The notes below the pieces were generated by a model. It had not been told where the DNA came from. It searched no databases and worked only from the letters and a program-made list of their open reading frames with translations. Of a stretch of 64,000 nt of DNA, positions 13,720-27,546 are shown in pieces; within the stretch, counting starts at the first letter, position 1; each line of letters begins with the position of its first letter. The translations under genes and the position numbers were made by a program. This DNA comes from Tubulanus polymorphus (Eukaryota; Animalia; Nemertea): positions 2,628,175 through 2,692,174 of the forward strand of contig NC_134032.1 in assembly GCF_964204645.1 (NCBI RefSeq). Reading direction: 5' to 3'.

Positions 13720-14325
13720 TTGTAGCTAATGGTCCATTTACAGCCCAACCAAATGCTGTTCCAACGCCAAACGCGCCATAATTTATAAGCTTTTATTATT
13801 GCCTATCAAAAGGCCGATCTCCACATTGATCGATAGTTACACAATGCATGTAGTGCCATATGTGAACTTCCTGTCTAGGAATATCTTCATGTGAAACTGG
13901 CAAAGATGGTCTAGAATAAACATCCTTGAGCTCTATCATATTCACCTCGTCTAGGTCATATGACCTACCAGTCAGCTTCACTGTCATTATTTTCCATAGT
14001 AGGCAACGAAAGTCGCACCTTTTTGCGCGTGACGCCAATACGTCCTACCAATTTCTCAGTACTGAGGGAGAGTAGTATGAGCCTGTGTCGTGGAGTGCAT
14101 ATGTAATAATGACGTCATTGTCATTATGTTTAAACTGAATGGGAACAATCGGCAAGCCAACGATTACACCTGTCTTCTTTGTAAAATCATTCTGCGCCCC
14201 AATGGTTAATGCATTGTTAGACGAACTGCCATTTTGATCAGCGGCCCGGCATTCAATACAGCGTGTCCTGTTGACATGCGACAAAGGGGAATGTTCCCCG
14301 CTACATATATTGCAGGCGAGGAATC
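13720..14325 (-). mobile_element. Degenerate BEL/Pao LTR retrotransposon gag-protease remnant
   Basis: Minus-strand fragments CNICSGEHSPLSH (zinc knuckle), LPIVPI...YALHDTGS (aspartic protease), VYSRPSLPV..EDIP, TAFGWAVNGP; multiple frameshifts. Confidence 0.75.
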
Positions 14326-16351
14326 AAATAGGTGAAACGCAATCCATTATCATTCACGAATTTCACCTGTTTATCGTAAAACCTCGCCTTAAAATCGGAA
14401 CAATCTATTAACTTAACAATTTGTACATAATACAAGTTTTATTGCTTGTTGTCTGTTGTGACTTGTCACGCTTGATTTCACGCGATGAACCGAAACAGCT
14501 TCTAGCTGGGCTCTGCTGCCTGTATCGGCCCCACTCCGCGCAGGGGCGCCACCGTGCGGGATTTACGCGAAGCAGCAAACACAAACATGGCCACTCTCTC
14601 AATTTTCAATGATAGAAATCGTGTGTGCTTTGCAATTATTTCTGCTGTTAGGGTTTTAAGGCACAATATAAGTTGATGATGTGATATGGCGATGTTAATT
14701 AATGATAATTACGCGGTGAAGCTAGTCACGAACGGTGCCGATTGAGTGTACAGCTGCCAAAAACACTGAAATGTGCGTAGTTGCGTAACTATTTGCAGTG
14801 AATTGCAGACGAAACATGAAGCCTTAACGACCGTTTAAAAAAAAATTATACCAATCGCAATAGTAAAATAAAAATGAGATAGAAGTTAAAATTCTGGCCA
14901 TTTCTAAAATGTTATTACTAATTTTTAGTCAGTGCGGAACGTTTAGTTTTCCAACAATAATGAGGGGTCGTAAGTAGTCATGCAATTCAAGTCATCATTT
15001 ATTACACGTTACTTCCGTGTTGTTGAAAATTTCGCGAGTCCTGGACCAAACCCCATTGAACAATGTGATCTGTGTGCTGGCCACAAATGCACACTGATCA
15101 CACTACCCTACCCATTACACACTCCAGTTCCCACAGCTTTCATATATCCATCCAAATATTTAGAGGGTCTTTCTTCCTGGATATTGTCCGTTATCCTACC
15201 GAATACTGGGTGGTTGACAATCCGCACCTAGTTCTCAATAAAGGCGCTGATATCTGCGAGAGTAATTTTGCGAAATTCTAGTTGAGTAATATAGTTCGCT
15301 TTAACTCACCACCGTTTCCGGGAGTCGACCGGTTACTTGACGCAGATTGTCGGGATTTTGTTTAAATAACCAATTTCGTTCGTTCAGCGTGTTTCTACAA
15401 GTAATCGATGATAAAGAAAATCAGATTAGGTGAGCCATTAATCAGACGATCAACGGGAGCGATAGCAATGCGATGATTATTGCTGTATTTTCCAGACAGG
15501 AGATGCTTCGTTTATTTATATCATCTTTTCATCAGTTCTTGTGCGTCGCTTCTAGTGTACTGAACTTAATAATACAGTCGTTCACTATTACCAACGTTTT
15601 TGTAACCATTGAAAGCTTTCCATCTTTGTTGACTGGCAGCACGTATATGTTTAAACCTTTACAATCTTAAGACATATCGTTACTATTGTAATGAGATATA
15701 TCAAACTTTCTATTCAAATCCAAAATCCAGAATTAAAAGTAACGGGTTCTTAACTTAACCCTTCATTTTTGGAAAAGGGGTTCAATAAGAATGTCCAATG
15801 AGCGCGATACCTCACATAATAGCAGCAAAACCACTAAAATACGCGAAAACAACACCAGAAAAGAATGAAACTACCAGACAACACAGAACTTAAAATCGAA
15901 CAGTATACTAATAACACTATACTATGTGTAACTGACTTAGAATCACTGAATGAAGTCTTGACAACTTTAGCTCTTTTTGAACGGGCATCGGGTGCAAAAA
16001 TTAAACTAATAGGGAATCTATTCTGGTGAGCTTCGAACTCGCAATAATTCGTACAGCAGCGTATCGCCTATACCACCCGAACACCGGGTCCAGTCAGCAG
16101 TAGTGATGATTGGCGCTTTTATACATGTATCGCGTGTGTCTTATATGCCTCTCATTTGTTGGTATTACCCCCAGCCTATAACTCTAAACACGTACGCATC
16201 AGTCTGAGTTCGATTCGGATGATTCGATTTTTTTCTGAATAAGCTACTACTTCCGAGGTAACAGCCTCTATGGCACTTTATGAACGGTGCACATCCGCGA
16301 TTTTACAGCGTCCACTAACGACCAACTTTACAGGCGAATGCGACGAATAGA

Positions 16352-17365
16352 TTATCTTTTCGATGCATTACAAATAGTAGTTAAGAGATCTTTTCTAAAC
16401 TGTTCGCTACTAGCCAGATAAATAAAACCATTCAAAACATGATTCGCCCTATATAGTAGAGTTGCACCCACGTGGCCAAAAAGTACAAACCAAGCGTATG
16501 AGCCGAATAGTCTACAATTAGGGACATAATATGTGGTGGTTTCCTCCAACGAGCCTTTCTCCAGAACTAACGTGTCAAATAGACACATCGGGAAAGTAAA
16601 ACACAGGAACGCTAACGCTGTTGTAACGACTAAAGCTGTGATCTTATTCGACGCTCCTTGTTTTTTATAGGATGCAGTACCTTTGGCGACAGGCAGTTTA
16701 GCTGATTTTCGAACTGATGAAATTATTATCCAATTAGCTACGGAGATAACGACAAAAGGAACATAAAGGGATATAGTATTTGTAGTTGCGTAGTAAGCAA
16801 AAAGTACATATTTTTCTACAATTTGACAGTTTGTCCAGATTCTATATTTAATTGACTCAAACTGTGAACACCAGCCGAGATTCTGCACCGTCAATAAAAC
16901 TGCCGTAACGAATAGCAGTTTGCAGCTGCGTTTAATCGTACAGATAGACACTGCTTGTAGGGGTTTAGGCACAGCTTTAGCGCGATCTATAGTCATCAAC
17001 ACTAGAAACCATATAGCGATCTGACTTGGCCCGATCTTGTGGAACTGCTTCAAAACGCATTCGACATCGTTGAACGGGTGTCCGAAGTAGTTCATCAGAT
17101 ATTGAGTTTCAACCGATACAATAGCGTACAGATCGGCGACACCGATGACCAACATGTGGAAATAACTGGTACTAGACGCCGAGCGTTTAAAAGTGCCCAA
17201 AAGTACGATACCAAAGTTAACGCATCCAACAGCGGGAAAAACGAACGCCAAATACCAACGCATGTCTCGACTGATATAGGCCGCGTCGTTAAACAATCTG
17301 CGTAAACGTTTACAAGCTTGCCTACGAGCCAACTTACTGGACATCAGTGAATCCGTTATATTCAT
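16352..17365 (-). CDS. Intronless rhodopsin-like (class A) GPCR, orphan peptide/chemoreceptor type
   Basis: 337-aa ORF with seven hydrophobic segments: TM2 VADL, Cys at top of TM3, MTIDR, TM6 FLCFTFP, TM7 NHVLNGFIY, helix-8 FRKDL. Confidence 0.9.
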   Translation of the reverse strand: MNITDSLMSSKLARRQACKRLRRLFNDAAYISRDMRWYLAFVFPAVGCVNFGIVLLGTFKRSASSTSYFHMLVIGVADLYAIVSVETQYLMNYFGHPFNDVECVLKQFHKIGPSQIAIWFLVLMTIDRAKAVPKPLQAVSICTIKRSCKLLFVTAVLLTVQNLGWCSQFESIKYRIWTNCQIVEKYVLFAYYATTNTISLYVPFVVISVANWIIISSVRKSAKLPVAKGTASYKKQGASNKITALVVTTALAFLCFTFPMCLFDTLVLEKGSLEETTTYYVPNCRLFGSYAWFVLFGHVGATLLYRANHVLNGFIYLASSEQFRKDLLTTICNASKR

Positions 17366-18344
17366 CGTGGTATTGTTGATAAGTGACGCACGTCACAAAA
17401 TCCTCAAATAGCACGGAAGAGTTTAAAACCATGGCGGAAAACCGACACTGCTCCCAGCAAAGATACTAACGATAATGATAATTTCCTTCTTACATAGCAC
17501 TTTGAATATAAAATCATTACAGCGCTTTATACCAAATTGGAAAGCATGTCGATCAGAATGAACTGCCATCTCATAATGTTATTGAACTGAACATGTCTCC
17601 TCGCATATCAGAAAATCAATTCCGATTTACTACAAGGGATATAATAGAAATAATTTGATATTCAGTCTTTTATATTACAATCACAATTTCATTTGCAGGA
17701 GGTATTACTTACATCTAATTGAAAATCAACTCTCACAAACCTCACACAATTTAATTAGATAGGCCTTATAGCAAGCGTTTGTGAATGTGTAAAATATAAA
17801 CGCAACTATATTGAATATCATTATTCTTTGTCCAAGAATTCATCATAAATTGTGAAAGTAAAACTTCTGAACTGGTTGGAAAATATATTCATCAATTATA
17901 TACGGGGACACGCATGTCGAAATATGATCAGCTCATTAGAACCACGTATTTATAATCAAATCCATAAGAGAAACAAGTGTTGTGATTACTTTATAGTACA
18001 GCCCTATCAATGATATTAGTCATAATTAGAAAAATAGATAAAATGCATGTACGAAGATCTAGTTATTGAGATCCAGAGAGAATATCCAGATTAAGCTATG
18101 GCACTGACATGGGACATGCAACCATACGGACCTGATCCGACTGACGAGAGACAACCACAATAAACAACGTGCATTGGAACTAAAGTATACAGAAATCAGT
18201 ATCAGTTATACTAGGAAGAAACATGGTGAAATAGCATCACATTATCCGGTTTGCTCGACTACAGTAGTAGAAATTGGGCTTTTCATACCAGAGGTATGAG
18301 GCATGTTGTAAGTAGGTTTTGGGTAAAAATACTATGTAAAATAT

Positions 18345-19377
18345 ATTAATGGTTTTTGCTGCCTTGCGACAGCTTATAAACGTAATTTTCAATTCTGTCA
18401 GAAATATAACTCAGCGCCTGACGATTTCGAATTTGCGAATAGTAATTTATTATGAATTAATCCAGCGTAATTACCGGGTCTAAACAGCGACAAGAATAAC
18501 GCAAAGAATCGTCATCCATTGATAAAAGTGCACCACGAAAAGCCTTAAATTTACCGGGCGACCTTGAGCGTCAACTCAACCGTAAATCTCGGATTCGAAC
18601 TCCTATTAGTCCGGACACGTCAATTCTCGCTATCTGATTCATATATGAGCGATTCAAAACGCCTCTATTTTGTTTACGCAAATCACGTAATCGGACTGAT
18701 ATAAGTCCCGATGCGTCATTTCCCGTTTCTGTTTCATATATCTCCACCATTTTGTACCATCATCCGTTTGGCAGATGAACTCAACATTATCTAGATCGCT
18801 TCAAAGACATCGACGCAGTTGATGCCACATCATGTTCGAATCCATCCCGACATCGCTATGATTTTGTTACCTATAATTCCATATTGAAGTAAATTAATGT
18901 TCATTGAGTATACGTGGTTAAGTTAGTTTTCAAAGTAGATTTAGTTCAAACTTATGTGCAATATGTAAACTGATAAATGGAAACAAAAGCAACTTTTTAA
19001 AAAATCGTTGTTTATTTCTGAATGCAAATTCCTCAATGAACAATTGATGCATAAAGGTAGATCAACCTAGTATTAACGAAATTATCGAACAAAACGCGCA
19101 AGGAGAGCATGTGCGACGGACTAGTTCATGCAACTGCCACCAGGGGACTTTGAAAAACCATATCTTGGGTTAAGCCATTTTGGTACATCGATACTTTCAC
19201 GCGAAAGCCCTTATATGTAGCTGGATCCACATTATCCAGCATATTGTTGACCCAGGTTGCGCTTCTCGGAAATAAGTCATATGTTATAGACTGTAGAATT
19301 ATTTCGATGACACTTCCCAGTGAGATAAATGAACCAGTTAGGCAGAAACCCGCTATTGCTGCTATGCAGCTATATTT
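18345..19377 (+). mobile_element. Non-autonomous Helentron-associated element (HINE-like)
   Basis: 5' ATTAATGGTTTTTGCTGC; ~18370-18575 aligns with 41052-41257 of the large Helentron; 3' subterminal IR GCAGAAACCC (19342-19351), hairpin GCTGCTATGCAGC, then TATATTT. Confidence 0.75.
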
Positions 19378-22300
19378 GGTTAAGTTTTATCTATATAAAT
19401 GGAGAATGATAATGCAAATCGTTGGGGCTTCATACCAGAAGTATGAAGTATGTAGGTAGGTTTTGGGTAAAAATATTAAGTAAAATACATTTGGTAAATT
19501 CCTGCTATTTGAATGCAGAATGATAATGCCCTTAAAATTTCTAAAATTTCAAGAATTTGTAAATGTTGTATTGAATTTAATAAATCTAATTCCATGTAAG
19601 AATATTTAGGTAGAGGCACGAGAAAAAATACACGTTTCGCACCTAAAAAAACAGAATTTTCATCTAAAAAATTAAATGAATTATCAGAAGACGGTGAATA
19701 TCATATAGATAGATTAGAAAAAAAATTGATATTTAATATGGAAAAAGAATAAGCGCATATTTAAGTCATACAGGATTAAATAGCACACATAGATGTAGAC
19801 CTATATTACCTGAAAGATACATTCAATTATCAGATGAAGAATTAGTTGATAATAATAATTAATAATAATGTTTATTTAGGATATAATAGAAAAAGGAAGA
19901 TGGTTGTCATTTAATAGAATTCATTGAATCGGAATAATATTTAATAATTAAAAGAAAACAAAAAAAACAAAAAAAAATTGAAATCATGAAACCAAAGATA
20001 TATTAAGCGATTAAAGGATAAGATATGATTCATTATCAATAAATTATCTGGACGGAATTATTTATTGCTCTGCATAGATAGATAAACATAGTGAGATATT
20101 TAATCACGTGAATATTCTAAAGTATTTATAATATATGTATTACAGTAGTCTAATTGTTTTTTTTTCAAATTGAAAGATGACAGTACATAGAAGAACGTTT
20201 TGTTTTAATTAATGCACATTTAATTAAAACCATTTATTTTAATCGATAATTAATTCAATTTTTAATCAAATCATAATTAAGCTGAAAATCCTCAATTCAA
20301 TAATAAGTTTTCATTCTTTCATTCTTTTTAATCGAAATAATATAAAATCTCAAATAACGTTTTCCTAGGAAACAGAGTTAATATTGGTTTCGGTGTTTTG
20401 AGCTAGTATGTATACATATATAGTAATCTGTTTCACTTATAAAATTGGCTGCCCGGTCTTGCAGGGCTACACGTAATAATAATTAGTATACCTTTTAGAA
20501 TAATGTAGATTTAAAAACAACATTGAATCGGCAGCTTCTATTCACTACGCCTAATTTACAACTTGATCGTCGAGTTATTTACCTAAGGTGAAGGTAACTT
20601 TTTCCTTCATGGAAGTCGGTATTGAAATAAGTAACACATCTTCCGAGATATAATGAGAGGTCATCTGTTGTTTTATTGGACTTTTTCACTACTGAGGGAT
20701 GCGTGTTTACTAAAAACTACGAGATGTTGAACCGATTTAGTGGGATTCAATAATGGTAGAGGTGAACAAAATAGTAAAATCTTCAACGAGTAGCCGAATC
20801 GGGAACAAGTTATACGTATTTCTTAATGGAAGGTATCATTTGAACAAGTAACCGAATCAAGAATAAGAAACGAGTAACTTACTTCACTTGGGTTTTGTTT
20901 TGGTGACAAATCGCGGATTTATACGAGCAATTCACGAAGCTGAAATAGGAAAGAACAAATCGGTGATATTTTGACTGATTTTCAAAAATATTCTATTGCT
21001 CATAAAAGCTAGTAAACGTTAGTAGAGAATATCACAGTCCTACAGTTAGAAACAAGTTTTATTGGTACCACATTCAAAATTGTAGTCGATAGCTATCAGG
21101 GTGTGATTTGAATGATGATAGATGTTTACAGAATGGTGACAGAAAGACCACTAGTTGTACGACTTATCGATGCGAAACTAGAAATGGATACATCATCCAC
21201 TGATTAATTTCAACAGATATATGAAACATGTTACTGAGGGTCTTACTGTTGATTACTGATTAATTTGAACAGAAATATGACGTATGTTACTGAGGCACTT
21301 ACTGTTGATCATTTTCTTTCATATTCCAATGAAGTTCATGAATATAGTCAATTTGTTACTGATAACACTATTCAGCCGTTGAGACTGTTCATAAGAAATA
21401 AAAACCCCGTAATATCACTGAAACTATACGATATACGTAGGTCTAGCAATAACTATCGCCTAAACCTGTCAATGACACCAACGGTTTCGATGTTTTTCAA
21501 ACTTTGTAGCGGCTCGAATTAAACTTTATAGATAAATTCAAACCTTTCTTTTGTCCATTTTTATAAGCCGGACATTCTAATATATCTGAATGCTACAAGT
21601 TTCAGCTTTCAATGTTCTGTCGCCCACTGATTAAATTATTCATACTGTTTATCAATTCAGTTTGCATGGCTCTGATACAAATTGGTTGGAATTAGAATAA
21701 ATGCGAGTGTTTCAGTTATTGCAAAGATAACGGACTCACAGAACTGCTGCATGTCATGAAAAGAATGCACCGTAGAACAGACAGCGACTGGAGCTAGCAG
21801 GGACAAATACCTCAGATAGATCTTTTCCCTTGGTCTTATTGATTTGAATGCGGAATAAAATTGAATTTTCTGAAATTTGCTCAATTAATAAAAATGGATT
21901 TGCTGTCTAACCTTGTTCAATAAAGTAAAATTGAATTGAATTGGATTTGTTTTTTTTGCAGAATAAAATTTCATTGAATTTGTAGTTTGAGCACATGGCT
22001 AATTAGCATATCAAGGTCATCCACCCGATTTGAGAAAAAGCTATTTTTCCCGGAATTCTGTGGTGCTAATAAAAATATTCCTCCCAGAAACCAAATCAAC
22101 TAAAGATTTCACAGAAATCGATATTGAAATATAATTTTAGATCATAAAATGAAACCCAGAATTAAAACGGTAGACAATACCGCGGGTTCACGTGAACACC
22201 TGCTGATCTCTACGGCTAAGCCAATCATAGAGGAGTCTTTGCTTTCTGATTGGCGTTTTTAAACAGATATTTTTGCGATCAGATTTTTCAGATCAGAAAA

Positions 22301-23364
22301 AGCTCATACAAATTTTAACGAGGCCTTCTTTCATGGATGATAATGCTTAAATGAATGATTTGTATGAATATATGCCCAGTTGCACTGTCAAAGAGCCTCA
22401 TCTGGAAACCATGTCATTCAAATTTGCTCCATTTGTAAAGTAATAGTCTCAGCCTACGGCCTTCCTTTATTGCACACTTGCACACTCACCCTGCCCCCTT
22501 TTTGGTATAATAATGTAACTTTATTGTTTATGTCCGGCATGTGCATTTTGGTTTCGTTCTTTTTGTAAATTTTCCTAAAATGTGCATTCGTGCGCGGTGG
22601 CAAATCATTATGTAATGTATATAATTTCATAAAGGTAATAAACTTATGCTATAAAAAACGAACTGATATATACGGAACTGACTCTGTCAACACTCGTAAA
22701 AATACGTCAATGTTACATAAAAAATCTTTTGATTTCTAGTTCTTCCTTTATGTTCTTTATAAAAACTTTACTGAGATTCAGTATTTTCTTGTTTACTGGA
22801 AGTTTTCTAAGAACTCGCTCTGGTGAGCTTTGAGATCATATTGTAAGCAGGACAGACAATCTTTTATTTGTTACAAGAAAAGTCTACTTTTCTTATCTTT
22901 TTTTAGATTCCGAAATCATAAATCCGAAGCAACGTCACATAGTGACTGGTCGGTCGAGATTTTGTTTAAATCAAAGTATCTATTTGTAGGTGTAGACCTT
23001 GCCGAGACATCACTATCGAGTCCGCGCATGCGCTATGGAAGTTGAAATTGTTTTGAAGGATTCAATACCATTATTTGTTAAAGGGTAACTGACACTTTTT
23101 TTTTATTTCAAAATTCGATAAGTTCTATCGAACTAAGGAAGACTTTGAAATAGTTCTGTTCAAAAATGTGTAGTTTCCGCGAAAATCGTGATTTTGTAAG
23201 ACAACTTTTGACCTCATTTCGTTGTATACATCGCGTTAGAAATCATCGGCAATTTCCGTCGATCTCCGGCGCTGTGACGTCAATAAAGTGAGCACTGAAA
23301 ATTCTCTTCTATGAAATAACGTTGCGTTTTTACTACTCGGCGTGTTTTCACTGCTTTTTCTCAA

Positions 23365-25953
23365 ATGCCAAATCGTTGTGTTTGCTTTGGGTGCGATTAT
23401 TCGGATAGGGGTATATTTCTTTTTCCGAAGAATCCTGTTCTTCGAGAAAAATGGGCTTCTTTTGTAGGTTTAAAGCGATTGAATTGGAGCGGCCCAACGT
23501 CGAATAGCGTCGTGTGTTACCGGCATTTTACCAACGATGATTTCGTTAATAAAATGCAGTATGATGCACAATTTGCAAAGAGGTAAGTTTCATTCAGTCA
23601 TCTTAACATTTATTCGAGACATGGTTTGAGAATAATTATTGTATGGGCTTGAAAATCACTGTTAAAAGGGTCGCATTTTCAAGTCCAATTCAAATCAATA
23701 AAATTTATTTTTTCCACGCGCGGTATCCAATTCATAATTTTTTATGTCAAAATGCCGTTTAACTTTTGTTTGCTAAGCGTGATTGTAAAACCATGCCTTC
23801 TAGGTCAGCTTACATCGTGTGACAATAGAAACATCTTTTCATTGAACTACTACTATAGGCCACAGTGCATTGGCCATCGTACAATAGGCTTTTATTGTCA
23901 TTGTGAGTGCCTTACTTCACTCACTAACTACAATAACAAAATGAATATTTCACGAGCCTTGTGAATTAACGGTTGCCTTTTGCTTGAAATAGATTGTTGC
24001 TGAAACAAGGAGCCGTGCCATCGATCCACACTGTGATAGAAACCCCTGAATCTACATCTCAACCAGAGGATTTCTTCTCGCCACCACGAAAGCCTGGACG
24101 AAAAGTGTTTGAGAAGAGGGAGAGACGGCGAGTCATTGCTGAGACTGAGAGCCAGGTTTTGCATAATCTTCAACCAAATTTGGTTGAAGATTATGCAAAA
24201 CCTGGTGAAGATGACGGCGGGGAAGTGTATGCGGAACCCGGTATCAAATCAGAGTTCGAGGCGACAAGAGAATTTGCTGTGCAGGCTGAACCGGATTGTA
24301 AATCTCGAGGTAGGATTTTCATGATGGTATGGTGTATCATTGTCATTCAGTTTTGAATATATCACTGTAATCATTGAATTTCATGTTATTTAATGATAAT
24401 TTTTTCTAGGGATGCAAACGCTGAAAGAAACTGCACAGGTGAAGACCAAAATTGTGTACCGCATCAAACCTAAGATTATCTACAGAACGCCATTTAAGGC
24501 TCAGCGTTCAGTTGGAATCCAGGAAAATGCATTGAGTGAGTATTCTTTATTCAGTCTATATCGTATTATGGTACGGCTTGTATTATGGGGTTTTTTATGA
24601 TATCATCTATTCTCCCTATCTATTTAATCCTACTACTGTGATTGGTCTGTTTTAGCCCGAAACATTGGTATTCAATGTAAGCGACCTGCTGAAGAACTTA
24701 CAAATACCTCAAAAGCCATTTGTATTGGAGAAGAATCAGATTTAGGGAGTGACAGTGAAGATGATGACTATCATCCAGATTCGGCAGAAGAGTCAGAGAT
24801 GGACAGTGGCTCTGAGGATGATTCTGAAGGCAGAGTTATGTTTGAAGAAATGAGGTTAGTAAAGTATAATATTTTAATCATGAATGAACGTTGTTAAAAG
24901 TAAGTTCAAAAATTCTTTGTGTAGAATTTACATATCACTCACGGAATCAAAAATGAGACGAAATACTAATTTTTCATTTCAAGGTTTAACTAAGAAACTA
25001 GAAATAATGTCAAGGAAAAAGGAATGTGAAGAAATCAAGGATTGGATAAAGTCAATAAAATGTCATTTGTACTGGTGCGCTGCATCATCATCACCCAGGG
25101 ATAAAGAAGGCATCAGTAAAAAATGGTCATCAGCAGTCAAACACATCCAAGACAATCATGAAGACTGCAGCCATGAACCCATAACATCAGAAAAGAAATG
25201 GCTTTATCCAGGTAAGATATTATCTATTGCAACTACTGAATCAGAAATTATATCTAATTTCATGTGATGAAACATTTGATGTACTATTTACAGGATCTTT
25301 GGTTGGTGATTCTATGCAAAAATATCTGACGAATACACGGGTTATAAATAAAGTGAAGATGATGTCACCATACGGCCAGACCAGTAAACTGGAGTGTCTT
25401 CACAGTTTATTCAATCATTTTGCCCCGAAGATGATTCAGTTTTCTTACAATGGAATGACAAGCAGGTAAGCAAAGTATATAACAATTGAGTGATTTCTAT
25501 TTTTTCATACATATGTCCCTGCTAAGACTTATATCAATGTCTTATGTCTTCTCTTAGGTTACAAATAGCTGCCCTACATTTCAATGAGAATAGTGACAGA
25601 ATACAAGGCACAAAGATTGATGGGACAAAAAAATATAGCATTGTCTATCCAAAATACAAGGACACCCACACATTACGAAAACTACTCACTGATGCCACTT
25701 ATGGTGAATATTAAAGTCATTAACTAAACTTATGTAAATAATTCATTACCAAACACATTGTTGGCTAACAGTGTTTTTTATTTCAGAATATGTCGACATT
25801 TGCTGGAACAAGATACTCGAGGACGTGGAAGAAGCAGATAGGCCGAGGAAAATAATCACAGTACCACCAAATCTCACATCAAACAAAGAAAAAATCACCA
25901 AAGAGGAAGCCATCGCAATGCACAGGACAAGATTCAAAAAAACTAATAGATGA
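23365..25953 (+). pseudogene. Kolobok THAP-domain transposase lacking the central catalytic exons
   Basis: Exons 23365-23582 (THAP C2CH: CVCFGC..FP..W..CYRHF), 23993-24309 (AVPSI), 24410-24535, 24656-24854, then ~24984-25211 (HLYWCA), ~25294-25465 (QTSKLECLHS), ~25559-25704 (AALHFNEN), ~25789-25953. Phase-2 donor at 24854 meets a phase-1 acceptor at 24984, and the first catalytic Asp motifs are absent. Confidence 0.85.
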
Positions 25954-26947
25954 TTGAATGGTAAGTCTCTTGACATTTGTATTGAAGGTATAATTTCATT
26001 TAAAATTGTAATACATGCACATGAAAACATGACAATTATATTGATTTTCTTAAAAAATACATTCTTTTTAGGTCTGCGGAAAAAATGATGACCCGAAGTG
26101 ATGATTTAATTCGAAAAATAATGTACGAAGAAATATATTTGAAATTTGGCAGTTCAAAGATACCGAGTACGTTTTATTTCAACATCAGGAATCATGATAT
26201 ATCTTGTATTCGTTTTATAATTCAACCTAAAATATTTTTCATGTCTTTTTCAGGTGATAAAGACAAAATATCTACATTTGCATGGGAAGATTAATGGTGA
26301 AACTACAAGTCTAAGTGAAAGTTGTAGACACCAGTTCACTCAATAAATGATCTGTAGAAAATTGATAGGAAACTGAAAATAAAATTATTGATCTGCTTAA
26401 GCATAACAAAACTGCTCCTTACTTGAACAATTAATTGCGATCAGATGTTTAAATTAGAACTCAATGGATTGAAAGCAAAACGTTTTATACATTATAAATA
26501 TGCAATAAAATTTATATTTTATATCTAAGCGATGTCATTGTTTTATTAAAATATCTGTAAGAAAAGCACAAGTTAAGAAGAATATATAAACATCGTTAGA
26601 ATTTTTAAGTTGAATTCTTCTATTTTAATTCATTATGGTCCATCTGTGACAGTGGTATTATTGAGTTTCAACAGCAGTCTCAATTCATAGGCAGTGCTGC
26701 CATCTTCTAACGATATCATAAACTATTCCGCATTCATTATCCAACTCATTCAACAGTGCCATCTTTCGTGATAAAACTTTCGAACTTTGTTCCAGCGTCA
26801 GCTTTCATATAACTTTTTGTACTGAGATTGAACCTTAGGAAAATTACGACTAATGCGCGTCAGTTGCTCGTAAGTATTTGCTTCTGCGAGCAACGACTGC
26901 CGCTGAAGAACATAATTCAAAGTTAATGTTACATTTTTCTGGGAAGC

Positions 26948-27263
26948 TGTCACGTATAATGTCCTTTTGTAATTATTTCGGTTGAATAATGATATTTTTA
27001 TGGGCAACGCTGTTGCGCTAACGACAAATTAACGGGCTTTGGCAATGTCGTTCGCTAATGAGATGGGTTGGAGAATTGACTATATATACTGGGGTTTTTT
27101 GGACCGTGGGGGAGACCGCTAGAAATTTTTAGATCGTTGAGATCAGTTCGTGAAATAAAAGTAATTTTGAAGACAGGAACTCTGTGTGTTGCGACTCGTT
27201 TATTCTTGGACGTTTGTTAACATTCTATCACTCAAGTGGAATTCAAAGATCCCGATAGTGACA
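26948..27263 (+). mobile_element. Gypsy-type LTR (single copy) followed by a primer-binding site
   Basis: TGTCAC...GTGACA termini, TATA-like ~27082, AATAAA 27154-27159; TGGTGGAGAA at 27266 is complementary to a tRNA-Ala 3' end; gag follows. Confidence 0.85.
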
Positions 27264-27546
27264 AATGGTGGAGAACCTGGCGGGCATTTTACTTGAGTGA
27301 GGTATCGAGCTATTTAACAAAACCAACGGAAACAAAGATAATTCACTGGAACAATACAGGAAGTAGGAACTCGAGAAACGCACGGAAAATGGATTTTGGT
27401 AAATATTGAACAATACTTGTTATTTAATTTTGATTTCGTCGTGTGCGTAGAACAATTTTCTGTGGATAGACCGAATATTTTGCTGTCTCCTCCGGTCTAT
27501 CGTACATTTAATTGACTTAATATTGAAGAACCTAGAAATTATTTGA

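Noticed and set aside
19500-20350. Very AT-rich tract, possibly a Polinton/Maverick relic
   Set aside because: No intact ORF or diagnostic motif.
23365-23586. Host THAP transcription factor or P-element transposase
   Set aside because: TTAA TSD, AG...CT termini and the KolX partner indicate Kolobok.
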